A DNA stretch of 64,000 nucleotides, taken from positions 23,213 through 87,212 of IMG/VR virus record IMGVR_UViG_3300032086_003519, one strand, 5' to 3'. Numbering within the stretch: position 1 is the first letter of the stretch; each line of letters begins with the position of its first letter. This document shows positions 57,449-64,000 of the stretch, piece by piece. A model generated the notes under the pieces. The model did not search any database. It was not told the DNA's origin and saw nothing but the letters and a program-made list of their open reading frames with translations. A program made the translations under genes and the position numbers. This DNA is from a virus.

Positions 57449-57451
57449 TGA

Positions 57452-57826
57452 TTAAAATACGTCTTCAGTTGTTTCAGCAACGGAGGCGAAGCCTTGTTCC
57501 TGTTTTCGTGGCGCACGAACAATCTTGGCGATGTTCTCAGGTACTACTACCATAGAGAATCGTTTGTTGCCATCATTGTCCGTCCACGAACGATCTTGTA
57601 ATCGACCTCGAACGCTGACCCGATCACCCTTAGAGAGTTCGACATTCTTACAGTAAGATGCCTGATAACCCCAAGCGTTGACATCAATATACAAAGTCTC
57701 TTCATAGTCTTTGCTGATTCGCTCGTTGATTGCCATACGGAATACGGCCAAGTCACGACTCTCATTGATAGTCTTATGTTCTGGGTCTTTGGTGAGGTTT
57801 CCCTCGAAAGTTACAAAATTATTCAT
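57452..57826 (-). CDS. ssb: single-stranded DNA-binding protein (second, with acidic tail)
   Basis: GNLTKDPE, KGDRVSVRGRL..RSW, C-terminal ETTEDVF. Confidence 0.9.
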   Translation of the reverse strand: MNNFVTFEGNLTKDPEHKTINESRDLAVFRMAINERISKDYEETLYIDVNAWGYQASYCKNVELSKGDRVSVRGRLQDRSWTDNDGNKRFSMVVVPENIAKIVRAPRKQEQGFASVAETTEDVF

Positions 57827-57844
57827 CGTGTTATACTCCTAAAA

Positions 57845-58051
57845 TTAGTATCCTCGTCGCTTCAATGCTTTACGTGCAAGTCGGCGACCGTAAGTTACAC
57901 CGTGAGTACGAAGAAGACTACGCACTTCTCCACTCGCTTCAGTGTTTACAAAAGTTGACGTAAGTTCTCGACCGCTAGTTTCGCCCACTGCGAACTTCTT
58001 AACTGCCTTGATCTTAGTCTTGTTGGACAAAATAGTTGACCAATCAATCAT
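57845..58051 (-). CDS. small basic hypothetical protein
   Basis: GGAGG RBS, promoter upstream. Confidence 0.65.
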   Translation of the reverse strand: MIDWSTILSNKTKIKAVKKFAVGETSGRELTSTFVNTEASGEVRSLLRTHGVTYGRRLARKALKRRGY

Positions 58052-58085
58052 AATAAAACCTCCATTAAAAACAATTTACAAAAGT

Positions 58086-58114
58086 ATTATACAATACTGT
58101 TAAACTTTTTTCAA
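58086..58114 (-). promoter_or_regulatory. sigma-70-type promoter
   Basis: TTGAAA-N17-TATAAT. Confidence 0.7.
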
Positions 58115-58519
58115 CCTCTTTTTGGATTTTGCCCAAATTAATTTATGTGGACGCAGATAATAATTATCCATCATTCGCCACTTCTGAGCTTCACCCATGT
58201 AAACAAACTCTACGATAGAAGACTGTAAACCCTTGTGAATTGTATAAGCAAGAATACCATCATGCCTAACAGACTTTACAATTAATTTACCGTATACTCC
58301 CATGTATGTTTTTTCTTTAGTTTCAGTGTTAAGCCAATAAGTTCCATGACCCTTCACTGATTTTATTTCATCACCAGCCTGTAGCTGAGTCCAATCTTCC
58401 ACTAACGATAACTTCTTTTTGAAGAACACATGACCACAGCTTTTACATGTAGATGCTCTAGCATGACACTTACCTGTGCAAGATGGACAATCTTTTTGTG
58501 GTGCTTTTCTTTTTGCCAT
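58100..58519 (-). CDS. zinc-ribbon protein
   Basis: CPSC...CKSCGH. Confidence 0.65.
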   Translation of the reverse strand: MAKRKAPQKDCPSCTGKCHARASTCKSCGHVFFKKKLSLVEDWTQLQAGDEIKSVKGHGTYWLNTETKEKTYMGVYGKLIVKSVRHDGILAYTIHKGLQSSIVEFVYMGEAQKWRMMDNYYLRPHKLIWAKSKKRLKKV

Positions 58520-58526
58520 TGTATGG

Positions 58527-58706
58527 TCAGTCCTTAAAATATGTTATATCACTTCTATAGTTGGCGTAATCATCTCTCTGCTGACGCATGTACATTAATT
58601 CATAACATTCAGCACAACGGTATAGATTACCTTTGTTTGTTTTAACTACATACCAGTCTGAAGTCTCTTCGCCACATACATGACATTCATTCTTCTCTTT
58701 TGCCAT
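58527..58706 (-). CDS. small zinc-finger protein
   Basis: AGGAG RBS before MAKEK; CHVC...CAEC. Confidence 0.6.
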   Translation of the reverse strand: MAKEKNECHVCGEETSDWYVVKTNKGNLYRCAECYELMYMRQQRDDYANYRSDITYFKD

Positions 58707-58818
58707 TCTTTCTCCTCCTATATACTTTCTGTTCCTCTCTGTACAGCAGGTAAAATGCAAACCCTGCAACAGCTAATTCAATTCCCCAAGCTAATAGTCC
58801 TGCGTATAATGCCTGCAT
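58687..58818 (-). CDS. 43-aa membrane peptide (MQALYAGLLAWGIELAVAGFAFYLLY...), absent from ORF track
   Basis: GGAGG RBS, TM followed by basic tail. Confidence 0.6.
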   Translation of the reverse strand: MQALYAGLLAWGIELAVAGFAFYLLYREEQKVYRRRKNGKREE

Positions 58819-59070
58819 CTAAACGGCCTCCACATAAATAGGTGTATGTTTTCCAACATATGCACCAAAAGTATTGTACTCAAGCCATTCCACAGCCTCG
58901 TCGTGATCGACACTCAAGTCTTTTGCCGCTATCTCAATCATTTTTGGAATAGAGTAAGCAACCCTTCCTGAATCGAAGCCACCACAAACCCCAATAATAG
59001 CATCATCATAACCATCGGCAAACAAAAGATCATAGCCGTAATATTCACACAACTTTTCACGAATGTCCAT
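58819..59070 (-). CDS. conserved-type phage hypothetical protein
   Basis: LFADGYDDAIIG...EAVEWLEYN..GAYVG..TP. Confidence 0.7.
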   Translation of the reverse strand: MDIREKLCEYYGYDLLFADGYDDAIIGVCGGFDSGRVAYSIPKMIEIAAKDLSVDHDEAVEWLEYNTFGAYVGKHTPIYVEAV

Positions 59071-59236
59071 GTCCCTTGAATCCTTCTTTCCATGTTCTCT
59101 TATCTTTATCCCACCACGTTCGGTACTTGTTGACTATTTGTTTAGTCTTCTCATTAATCATTTTAATATGTTCTCTGAATTTTGCAAGCTCTTCTTCGTC
59201 AGTTTCTGGTTTTTTGAATCTTTTTTTCTTAGCCAT
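59057..59236 (-). CDS. 59-aa basic protein (MAKKKRFKKPETDEEE...), absent from ORF track
   Basis: overlaps both neighbours and fills the gap. Confidence 0.6.
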   Translation of the reverse strand: MAKKKRFKKPETDEEELAKFREHIKMINEKTKQIVNKYRTWWDKDKRTWKEGFKGHGHS

Positions 59237-59864
59237 TGGGTCTATCTATTATAATATTTAAGTGTGTCTTTGTAATTGGCTCCCATTGCTCTCTGCCATG
59301 TAACATATCGGTTCTTTCAGAGTTGCACTTTAACCAAAAATTTAAGTTTTTAATATTGAAACCTTTTTCAGTATATCTATTAAGTCTGTTTATACATGTA
59401 GTATGTCGGCCATTGCTCAAGTTATAATGATTACCAGTGTAAACTAAGTCTTTGTTTTCATTGTCATCAAAGAATGAATCGCAATAATAAAATTTAAGGT
59501 TTGAATCTATCGCACATGAGTTCACGGTGAAATCAAAATACTTTATACATACCTCTGGAGAAAGGTCATCAAAGTTTGGATAGTGCCAGAACTCCCAAGT
59601 ATCCATTCTATGCGAGAGAAAAGCCTCAAGCATATTATATTTCTTTATACCATCGAATCCATAATTTTCAACACAAAAATTTATAGCCTTTTGACTATCT
59701 TCTTTTGATCTAAAGAAAAGGTCTACATCTCTATAGTCTCTGTTAAATATATAATCGGCAACACAACCACCAGCAATCCAAAAATAAATTCCAGAATCTT
59801 TAAGTAAGTCGAAATAATTTTCTTTGAAATGCCGTCGGCAATTTTCTATCTGGAAGTTATACAT
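59229..59864 (-). CDS. tRNA nucleotidyltransferase / poly(A) polymerase head-domain protein
   Basis: IAGGCVAD...RDVDLFF, FDFTVNSCA. Confidence 0.7.
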   Translation of the reverse strand: MYNFQIENCRRHFKENYFDLLKDSGIYFWIAGGCVADYIFNRDYRDVDLFFRSKEDSQKAINFCVENYGFDGIKKYNMLEAFLSHRMDTWEFWHYPNFDDLSPEVCIKYFDFTVNSCAIDSNLKFYYCDSFFDDNENKDLVYTGNHYNLSNGRHTTCINRLNRYTEKGFNIKNLNFWLKCNSERTDMLHGREQWEPITKTHLNIIIDRPNG

Positions 59865-60309
59865 TTCTCACTTTGCTTTTTTGTATCAGTGTGCTGGATG
59901 ATTGAGTTTTTTCTCCACCAACATTGTATAGCATCGTGATGCCAAGCTCTTCTTCTAGTAGGTCTTCAGGAACACCACCTGACTTCCTGTCGCCTCCGTT
60001 AGCAAATGCCATACCCAAGAAGAAAGGATCGTCTTGTAAGCTATAGAACTCTTTTCGTATGCTCTGACATACGGTAGCATCTTCATCTATAGATATAACA
60101 GCCTTATCCACACACCGTAAAGACTTTACAATCCGAAGTCTTTCATTCTCGTCCATGAATGGATCACTACCCTTTAGTGAAACTTGATGGTCATTGTTTA
60201 CTATAACTATTAAATAGTCGCCTCTCTCCTTTGCGGACTCTAAATAGTCAATATGACCAGAGTGGATAGGATTAAAATAACCACTAACTACAACTACTCT
60301 ACCACTCAT
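59857..60309 (-). CDS. cytidylyltransferase-like protein (RfaE-II/TagD type)
   Basis: SGYFNPIHSGH (HxGH), VNND, FANGGDR, KTQSSS. Confidence 0.88.
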   Translation of the reverse strand: MSGRVVVVSGYFNPIHSGHIDYLESAKERGDYLIVIVNNDHQVSLKGSDPFMDENERLRIVKSLRCVDKAVISIDEDATVCQSIRKEFYSLQDDPFFLGMAFANGGDRKSGGVPEDLLEEELGITMLYNVGGEKTQSSSTLIQKSKVRNV

Positions 60310-60461
60310 TTTTTTAATTCCTTAATTTGTTTTCTTAGTTTAGTAATAGTTTCTTCAAGTTCTCTCTGTTTCTTTAGTTGTCTTTCATATCTGAATTCCC
60401 ATTTTTGTTCCATTCTTGAGAGTTCAGCATCAAACTGATTTTTATACAAGTCTTCACACAT
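60306..60461 (-). CDS. 51-aa coiled-coil protein (MCEDLYKNQF...), absent from ORF track
   Basis: AGGAG RBS; ATGA overlap with next gene. Confidence 0.6.
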   Translation of the reverse strand: MCEDLYKNQFDAELSRMEQKWEFRYERQLKKQRELEETITKLRKQIKELKK

Positions 60462-60728
60462 TTATTTTCTCCTGTTCCATTTTTCTCTAGCTTCTGCCCA
60501 GTTTTCACCAGAGCCACCAGCACCACCACAATCTTCACATTCATACCAATAAAGGTCGATGGTCTGCATAGCTTCTGCCTGCGGTTCACCACCACAGAAA
60601 GGGCAAGGCAAAAGTGTGTCTTGTGTGAATTCTACTACATCTATATTGTGTTCGCCACACTTGATACACCAAATTGGCTTATTATCTACATCGACAATTC
60701 TGCCACAGCACTTTAGTAAATATTTCAT
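60462..60728 (-). CDS. Lar-like (restriction alleviation) zinc-finger protein
   Basis: LLPCPFCGG...CEDCG...AREKWNRR. Confidence 0.7.
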   Translation of the reverse strand: MKYLLKCCGRIVDVDNKPIWCIKCGEHNIDVVEFTQDTLLPCPFCGGEPQAEAMQTIDLYWYECEDCGGAGGSGENWAEAREKWNRRK

Positions 60729-61456
60729 TTTACTGGTTCTAATTCAATCTCTCTTATTTTGTCTATCACTGCCAGAATATCTCTGGTCTGTGTCCAGTCT
60801 GCCACATGATATTTCTCATATGCGGCTTCAGCTATAGTGTAATCATTGCCTCCAAGATAACAGTTGTCACCGAAGAATATATTCTTACCCTCAAGGCATC
60901 CGAGAATCTGTGACTTGTCTTTACCTTTGGGATAAATATCTATACTAATCTCTCCACCAATTACCGCATCGACCTCTTCAAAGTTCGATCTAATTATATC
61001 TGCAATGGTTTCACGTTCTAAGTTTTCTTTGTCCCATTCATAATATTCGGCTCGTTGATTATGGGTACAGTCTCTTCCTATAGTAGATATATTAACCATA
61101 CCAACACGCTTCTCAATATTATTATCTGCTGTTCCATACCAACTGCTTTGTTCTATCAGGCCATTGACAACCTTCTCTAGTTGGTCACACATTTCCCAGT
61201 CTGACTCGAAGATAAGTTCGCCTTTGCAAAATAATTGATTGCCAGAGTTCTGGTAAGAGCCATCGACTAGCATCCATAAGTCTTCACCAACCTGTTCGAT
61301 TGTCTTATCTTTATCAGAACCAGTGATGAAGTATACTTTATTACCAGAAGATTGTTGAGTGTTTATCCAAAACTTAAAATACTTTTTGAAGTCTTCAACT
61401 ATCGGCTTTCGTGATGGAGTCAGGGTTCCATCTACATCGAATAAATAATTTATCAT
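60725..61456 (-). CDS. HAD-family phosphomannomutase (eukaryote-type PMM)
   Basis: LFDVDGTLTPSR, TGSD, GGEISIDIYPKGKDK, FFGD...GGNDY. Confidence 0.85.
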   Translation of the reverse strand: MINYLFDVDGTLTPSRKPIVEDFKKYFKFWINTQQSSGNKVYFITGSDKDKTIEQVGEDLWMLVDGSYQNSGNQLFCKGELIFESDWEMCDQLEKVVNGLIEQSSWYGTADNNIEKRVGMVNISTIGRDCTHNQRAEYYEWDKENLERETIADIIRSNFEEVDAVIGGEISIDIYPKGKDKSQILGCLEGKNIFFGDNCYLGGNDYTIAEAAYEKYHVADWTQTRDILAVIDKIREIELEPVK

Positions 61457-61532
61457 ATGTGGTTCCTTATAAAATTGCGAGATGAAGTATTGAATCTAGA
61501 TCGAATCTAAATAACTAGGTGAATCTCGCTAG

Positions 61533-61604
61533 TGACCTGTACGGGAATCAAACCCGTGTTGCCAGCGTGAAAAGCTGGAGTCCTAACCCCTAGACGAACA
61601 GGCC
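61533..61604 (-). tRNA. tRNA-Glu (UUC), CCA not encoded, T-loop TTTGATT
   Basis: GGCCTGT/ACAGGTC acceptor stem; CCAGC-TTTTCAC-GCTGG anticodon arm; ACGGG/CCCGT T-stem. Confidence 0.92.
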
Positions 61605-61649
61605 GTAGAGGATGACCGAAACTTTGCACAATTTCAATCGTCTTAGTAA

Positions 61650-62147
61650 TTAAACTCGTCCGTAGTCATCCTCAATTCTTATAATATCGTCTTCTTGACA
61701 CACACCTGTTTGAATTTCAAGTATAACTAATTCGTTAAGACCTGAAGCTCGAACTCGGTGTGTCTGGTATTTCTTAATATCAAAAGAATCACCAGCGGAA
61801 ATATCAATTCTTTGTCCGTTTAATTCTAAAGTCCCGAAGCCTTCTACTACAAACCAGTGTTCATCTCTCTTGGTATGTAGCTGTAGACTTAATCGCTTAC
61901 CAGAATTAACAACTATCTTTTTTACTTTGATATATTCCTCATCAAGAAGAACTTTGAACGAACCCCAATCTCTATTCTCAAATGACTTATCGCCTGAGAA
62001 CGGATGTAGATTATAAAAGACTCTATCTTCTTTGTCTACCTCTTCCATTATGGGATTATGTTTTCCACATTTTGGACACTGTTGTAGTTTACCATAATTT
62101 TTAGCCGCTGGAGCTATAGTATTACAGCAGTTAAATTTATATTGCAT
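61650..62147 (-). CDS. mannose-6-phosphate isomerase type II cupin with N-terminal zinc ribbon
   Basis: RDWGSF, LSLQLHTKRDEHW, ILEIQTG..EDDIIRIEDDYGR. Confidence 0.88.
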   Translation of the reverse strand: MQYKFNCCNTIAPAAKNYGKLQQCPKCGKHNPIMEEVDKEDRVFYNLHPFSGDKSFENRDWGSFKVLLDEEYIKVKKIVVNSGKRLSLQLHTKRDEHWFVVEGFGTLELNGQRIDISAGDSFDIKKYQTHRVRASGLNELVILEIQTGVCQEDDIIRIEDDYGRV

Positions 62148-62173
62148 ATCTGACTCCTTTATTAACTAAAAAC

Positions 62174-62202
62174 ATTGTATCACAAGATGGGCTAATTTGC
62201 AA
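62174..62202 (-). promoter_or_regulatory. sigma-70-type promoter
   Basis: TTGCAA-N17-TACAAT, then AAGGAG RBS. Confidence 0.7.
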
Positions 62203-62205
62203 GAA

Positions 62206-62418
62206 TTATTCTGGAACTTTTCTATTAAGTTCAAATCTATTTGGATCAGCAAGGCCAGAGTCAACCATACTCATGGTTGTGACATACTTGCCTTTGTCAT
62301 CTTCACAGACAACTGTCCCATCTCCTCTATCTTCTACAATCATCTCGGCGTGTGAGCCAAACCAACTTTTTGTAGTAATAGTATTTCCTGTAACATGTCT
62401 TGATCCTCTTCTAGCCAT
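62206..62418 (-). CDS. hypothetical protein
   Basis: AAGGAG RBS. Confidence 0.6.
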   Translation of the reverse strand: MARRGSRHVTGNTITTKSWFGSHAEMIVEDRGDGTVVCEDDKGKYVTTMSMVDSGLADPNRFELNRKVPE

Positions 62419-62537
62419 TTTATATTCTCCTTTTCAATCTTCCTTATTTCTCTGTTATATCTTCTGATGTCTCGTCTAGTAAATCTATCTAACTTAAATA
62501 AAGGTAACATAGTAAGTGTAAGTATTACCCAAGCCAT
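62340..62537 (-). CDS. hypothetical protein
   Basis: GGGAG RBS; long overlap with next gene lowers confidence. Confidence 0.4.
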   Translation of the reverse strand: MAWVILTLTMLPLFKLDRFTRRDIRRYNREIRKIEKENIKWLEEDQDMLQEILLLQKVGLAHTPR

Positions 62538-62540
62538 AGT

Positions 62541-62834
62541 CTACTCCCTGTAAAATCTTCCTGAGTTATACTGAAACTCAAGTCGTGGTTTTTTGAAGTA
62601 GTATGTTTTCTTCTTTGGTTTGTAGAAGTCTGCCCTGAGTGGAGCAGTAATAATTTCTCCAAGACCAAATGCTGTAGTCTCGATTCCTTCGATGACTTTA
62701 CCACCAGTTTCAATCACAAAACTGCCAGCACTCTTGACATATTCATCCAGCGGGATGAGCCTGAATTGCTCTGCGGCATTTACATTTGATGCCGGAATGA
62801 ATAATAAAACTAAAATTGGTAAAAACTTTTTCAT
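62541..62834 (-). CDS. exported hypothetical protein (Sec signal peptide)
   Basis: MKKFLPILVLLFIPASNVNA; GGAGG RBS. Confidence 0.65.
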   Translation of the reverse strand: MKKFLPILVLLFIPASNVNAAEQFRLIPLDEYVKSAGSFVIETGGKVIEGIETTAFGLGEIITAPLRADFYKPKKKTYYFKKPRLEFQYNSGRFYRE

Positions 62835-62849
62835 TATAAACCTCCATGT

Positions 62850-63029
62850 CTAAACTAAAAAGTATACTAGAGTGGTTAATAAACCAATCCCAAATAAAAA
62901 TAATCCTAAGTAAATCAGAGCCACAGTAGATTTTGCCTGCGCTCTTTCTAACATCTTCTGCTGAATATCGTTAGGTGTTTTGAATCTGCCCGACGAAAAT
63001 GATTCTTCTCTATCTTCTTCCCAATTCAT
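62850..63029 (-). CDS. 59-aa protein with C-terminal TM (MNWEEDREES...), absent from ORF track
   Basis: ATGA overlap with upstream gene; hydrophobic C-terminus. Confidence 0.6.
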   Translation of the reverse strand: MNWEEDREESFSSGRFKTPNDIQQKMLERAQAKSTVALIYLGLFLFGIGLLTTLVYFLV

Positions 63030-63223
63030 TCTTGTTCTAAACCTTTGACCTCAAAACCAAACTCTTCGTATGTTTTCCAAGCTGACTCTACAATTTCTTC
63101 TTCGGGTGGAGCAAATCCAATTGGGTTACTCTTTTTGATAACATCTAAAGAAATGCCATCATCATCCATCTTGACAGAAACTGTAATCTTCCCAATATCT
63201 ACACTCAAATATCTATCTTCCAT
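63026..63223 (-). CDS. hypothetical protein
   Basis: AAGGA RBS before MEDRY. Confidence 0.55.
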   Translation of the reverse strand: MEDRYLSVDIGKITVSVKMDDDGISLDVIKKSNPIGFAPPEEEIVESAWKTYEEFGFEVKGLEQE

Positions 63224-63225
63224 AT

Positions 63226-63843
63226 TTAATTCTTCCTTATCCAAAGTTGGTAGTCTTTATGAATTATCGTAAGATCATCATAGAACAGCCCAACAAAATA
63301 ATCTATTGCGATCTTCGTCAAGCCTTTGTTTGCTAATGAGCCTTCCGAATCTGGATACCTGATGCAAAGTAGATAGTCATCTAGTGCCATGATACCTCCA
63401 GACTTGAGAACCCTGAATGAGAGTAGCATGTCCTGTAACACTGCTCTCTCATCGTGGTTCCCATCAACATAGATGAAGTCAAAGTAATCTCTGGGAAACT
63501 TGCCTACATAATCTATTGAGTCACCCTTGATAATCTCAACTTTATCTTTGTGTCCGCTGAGTTTAATATTATTTACAAATGTAGAGAAGGCATCGCCAGT
63601 CCATTTAGCCCAAGCATCAATGCACCAAAGCCTTGAGTCTTGATGCGTCAGGACATTATCAAGCATCCATATTGCTGACATACCTTCGTAAGAACCTATT
63701 TCAAGAAACTTACATGGTTTGTCTTTATAGCAAGAAAGAAACTTGTCAAACTCTCTCACTACTGGCTCGCCGTTATCTTCAGAGAACCAGTCATTTGTAA
63801 AAGTATAATTAGTCAATTCTGCTTTCCTCTTCATATAATTCAT
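63226..63843 (-). CDS. class I SAM methyltransferase (Methyltransf_24-like)
   Basis: FLEIGSYEGMS, DFIYVDGNH, LKSGGIMALDDY. Confidence 0.88.
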   Translation of the reverse strand: MNYMKRKAELTNYTFTNDWFSEDNGEPVVREFDKFLSCYKDKPCKFLEIGSYEGMSAIWMLDNVLTHQDSRLWCIDAWAKWTGDAFSTFVNNIKLSGHKDKVEIIKGDSIDYVGKFPRDYFDFIYVDGNHDERAVLQDMLLSFRVLKSGGIMALDDYLLCIRYPDSEGSLANKGLTKIAIDYFVGLFYDDLTIIHKDYQLWIRKN

Positions 63844-64000
63844 TAAGTCTTGTTTCTAATTTTTCTTGAATCATAATAATTTCTGACTCAAGTTCAAGAC
63901 CTGAATACATTAGTTCCTCAAGGTCATACCTATCATAATTGCTCATAAGTAATGACATTGCACGATTAATAATTTCAATTTGATAATCTTTTAGTTCCAT
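63809..64000 (-). CDS. hypothetical acidic protein
   Basis: ORF at window edge overlapping next gene. Confidence 0.5.
   Translation of the reverse strand: MELKDYQIEIINRAMSLLMSNYDRYDLEELMYSGLELESEIIMIQEKLETRLNELYEEESRID

Noticed and set aside
782-63272. All + strand ORFs in the track
   Set aside because: Short, antisense to well-supported minus-strand genes, no RBS or motifs; e.g. 43501-43707(+) is the shadow of the real 43518-43691(-) gene
1-64000. Stop-codon reassignment
   Set aside because: Conserved genes are full length in code 11 and TAA, TAG and TGA all terminate coupled genes
1-64000. Cellular (bacterial) chromosome origin
   Set aside because: rIIA/rIIB, dNMP kinase, Lar-like and holin-like genes, single-strand dense packing and many small orphans indicate a phage despite tmRNA, DnaE and DUF1501

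Overview
64 kb segment of a large (jumbo-type) tailed bacteriophage genome. Essentially every real gene lies on the minus strand, tightly packed with ATGA/TAATG-type overlaps; the + strand ORFs of the track are shadows. Contents: (1) a ~10 kb glycosyltransferase/NDP-sugar cluster; (2) a bacterial-type replisome (SSB, DnaE split into two genes with a DEDDh exonuclease gene between them, Cas4/RecB-like nuclease, dNMP kinase, DnaG, DnaB, dUTPase, RecA); (3) PhoH and three Tat-signal DUF1501 paralogs; (4) nrdAB behind a structured, attenuator-like leader; (5) two sigma-70-family factors, a DeoC-like protein lacking its catalytic lysines, and holin-like genes; (6) a second glycan cluster (GT4, tandem radical SAM, sulfotransferase, GT11); (7) tmRNA (tag (A)VEENFALAA), a candidate two-hairpin sRNA and tRNA-Glu; (8) rIIA/rIIB, a second SSB, a Lar-like protein, PMM, a PMI cupin and methyltransferases. 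The DUF1501 genes and the tmRNA tag point to a Planctomycetota host (inference). Most novel candidates: the phage DUF1501 trio, the intein-free split DnaE, the nrdA leader RNA switch, the C-loop sRNA, and a dispersed fucose/colitose glycosylation-sulfation pathway. All product calls come from motif recognition by eye; no database searches were run.
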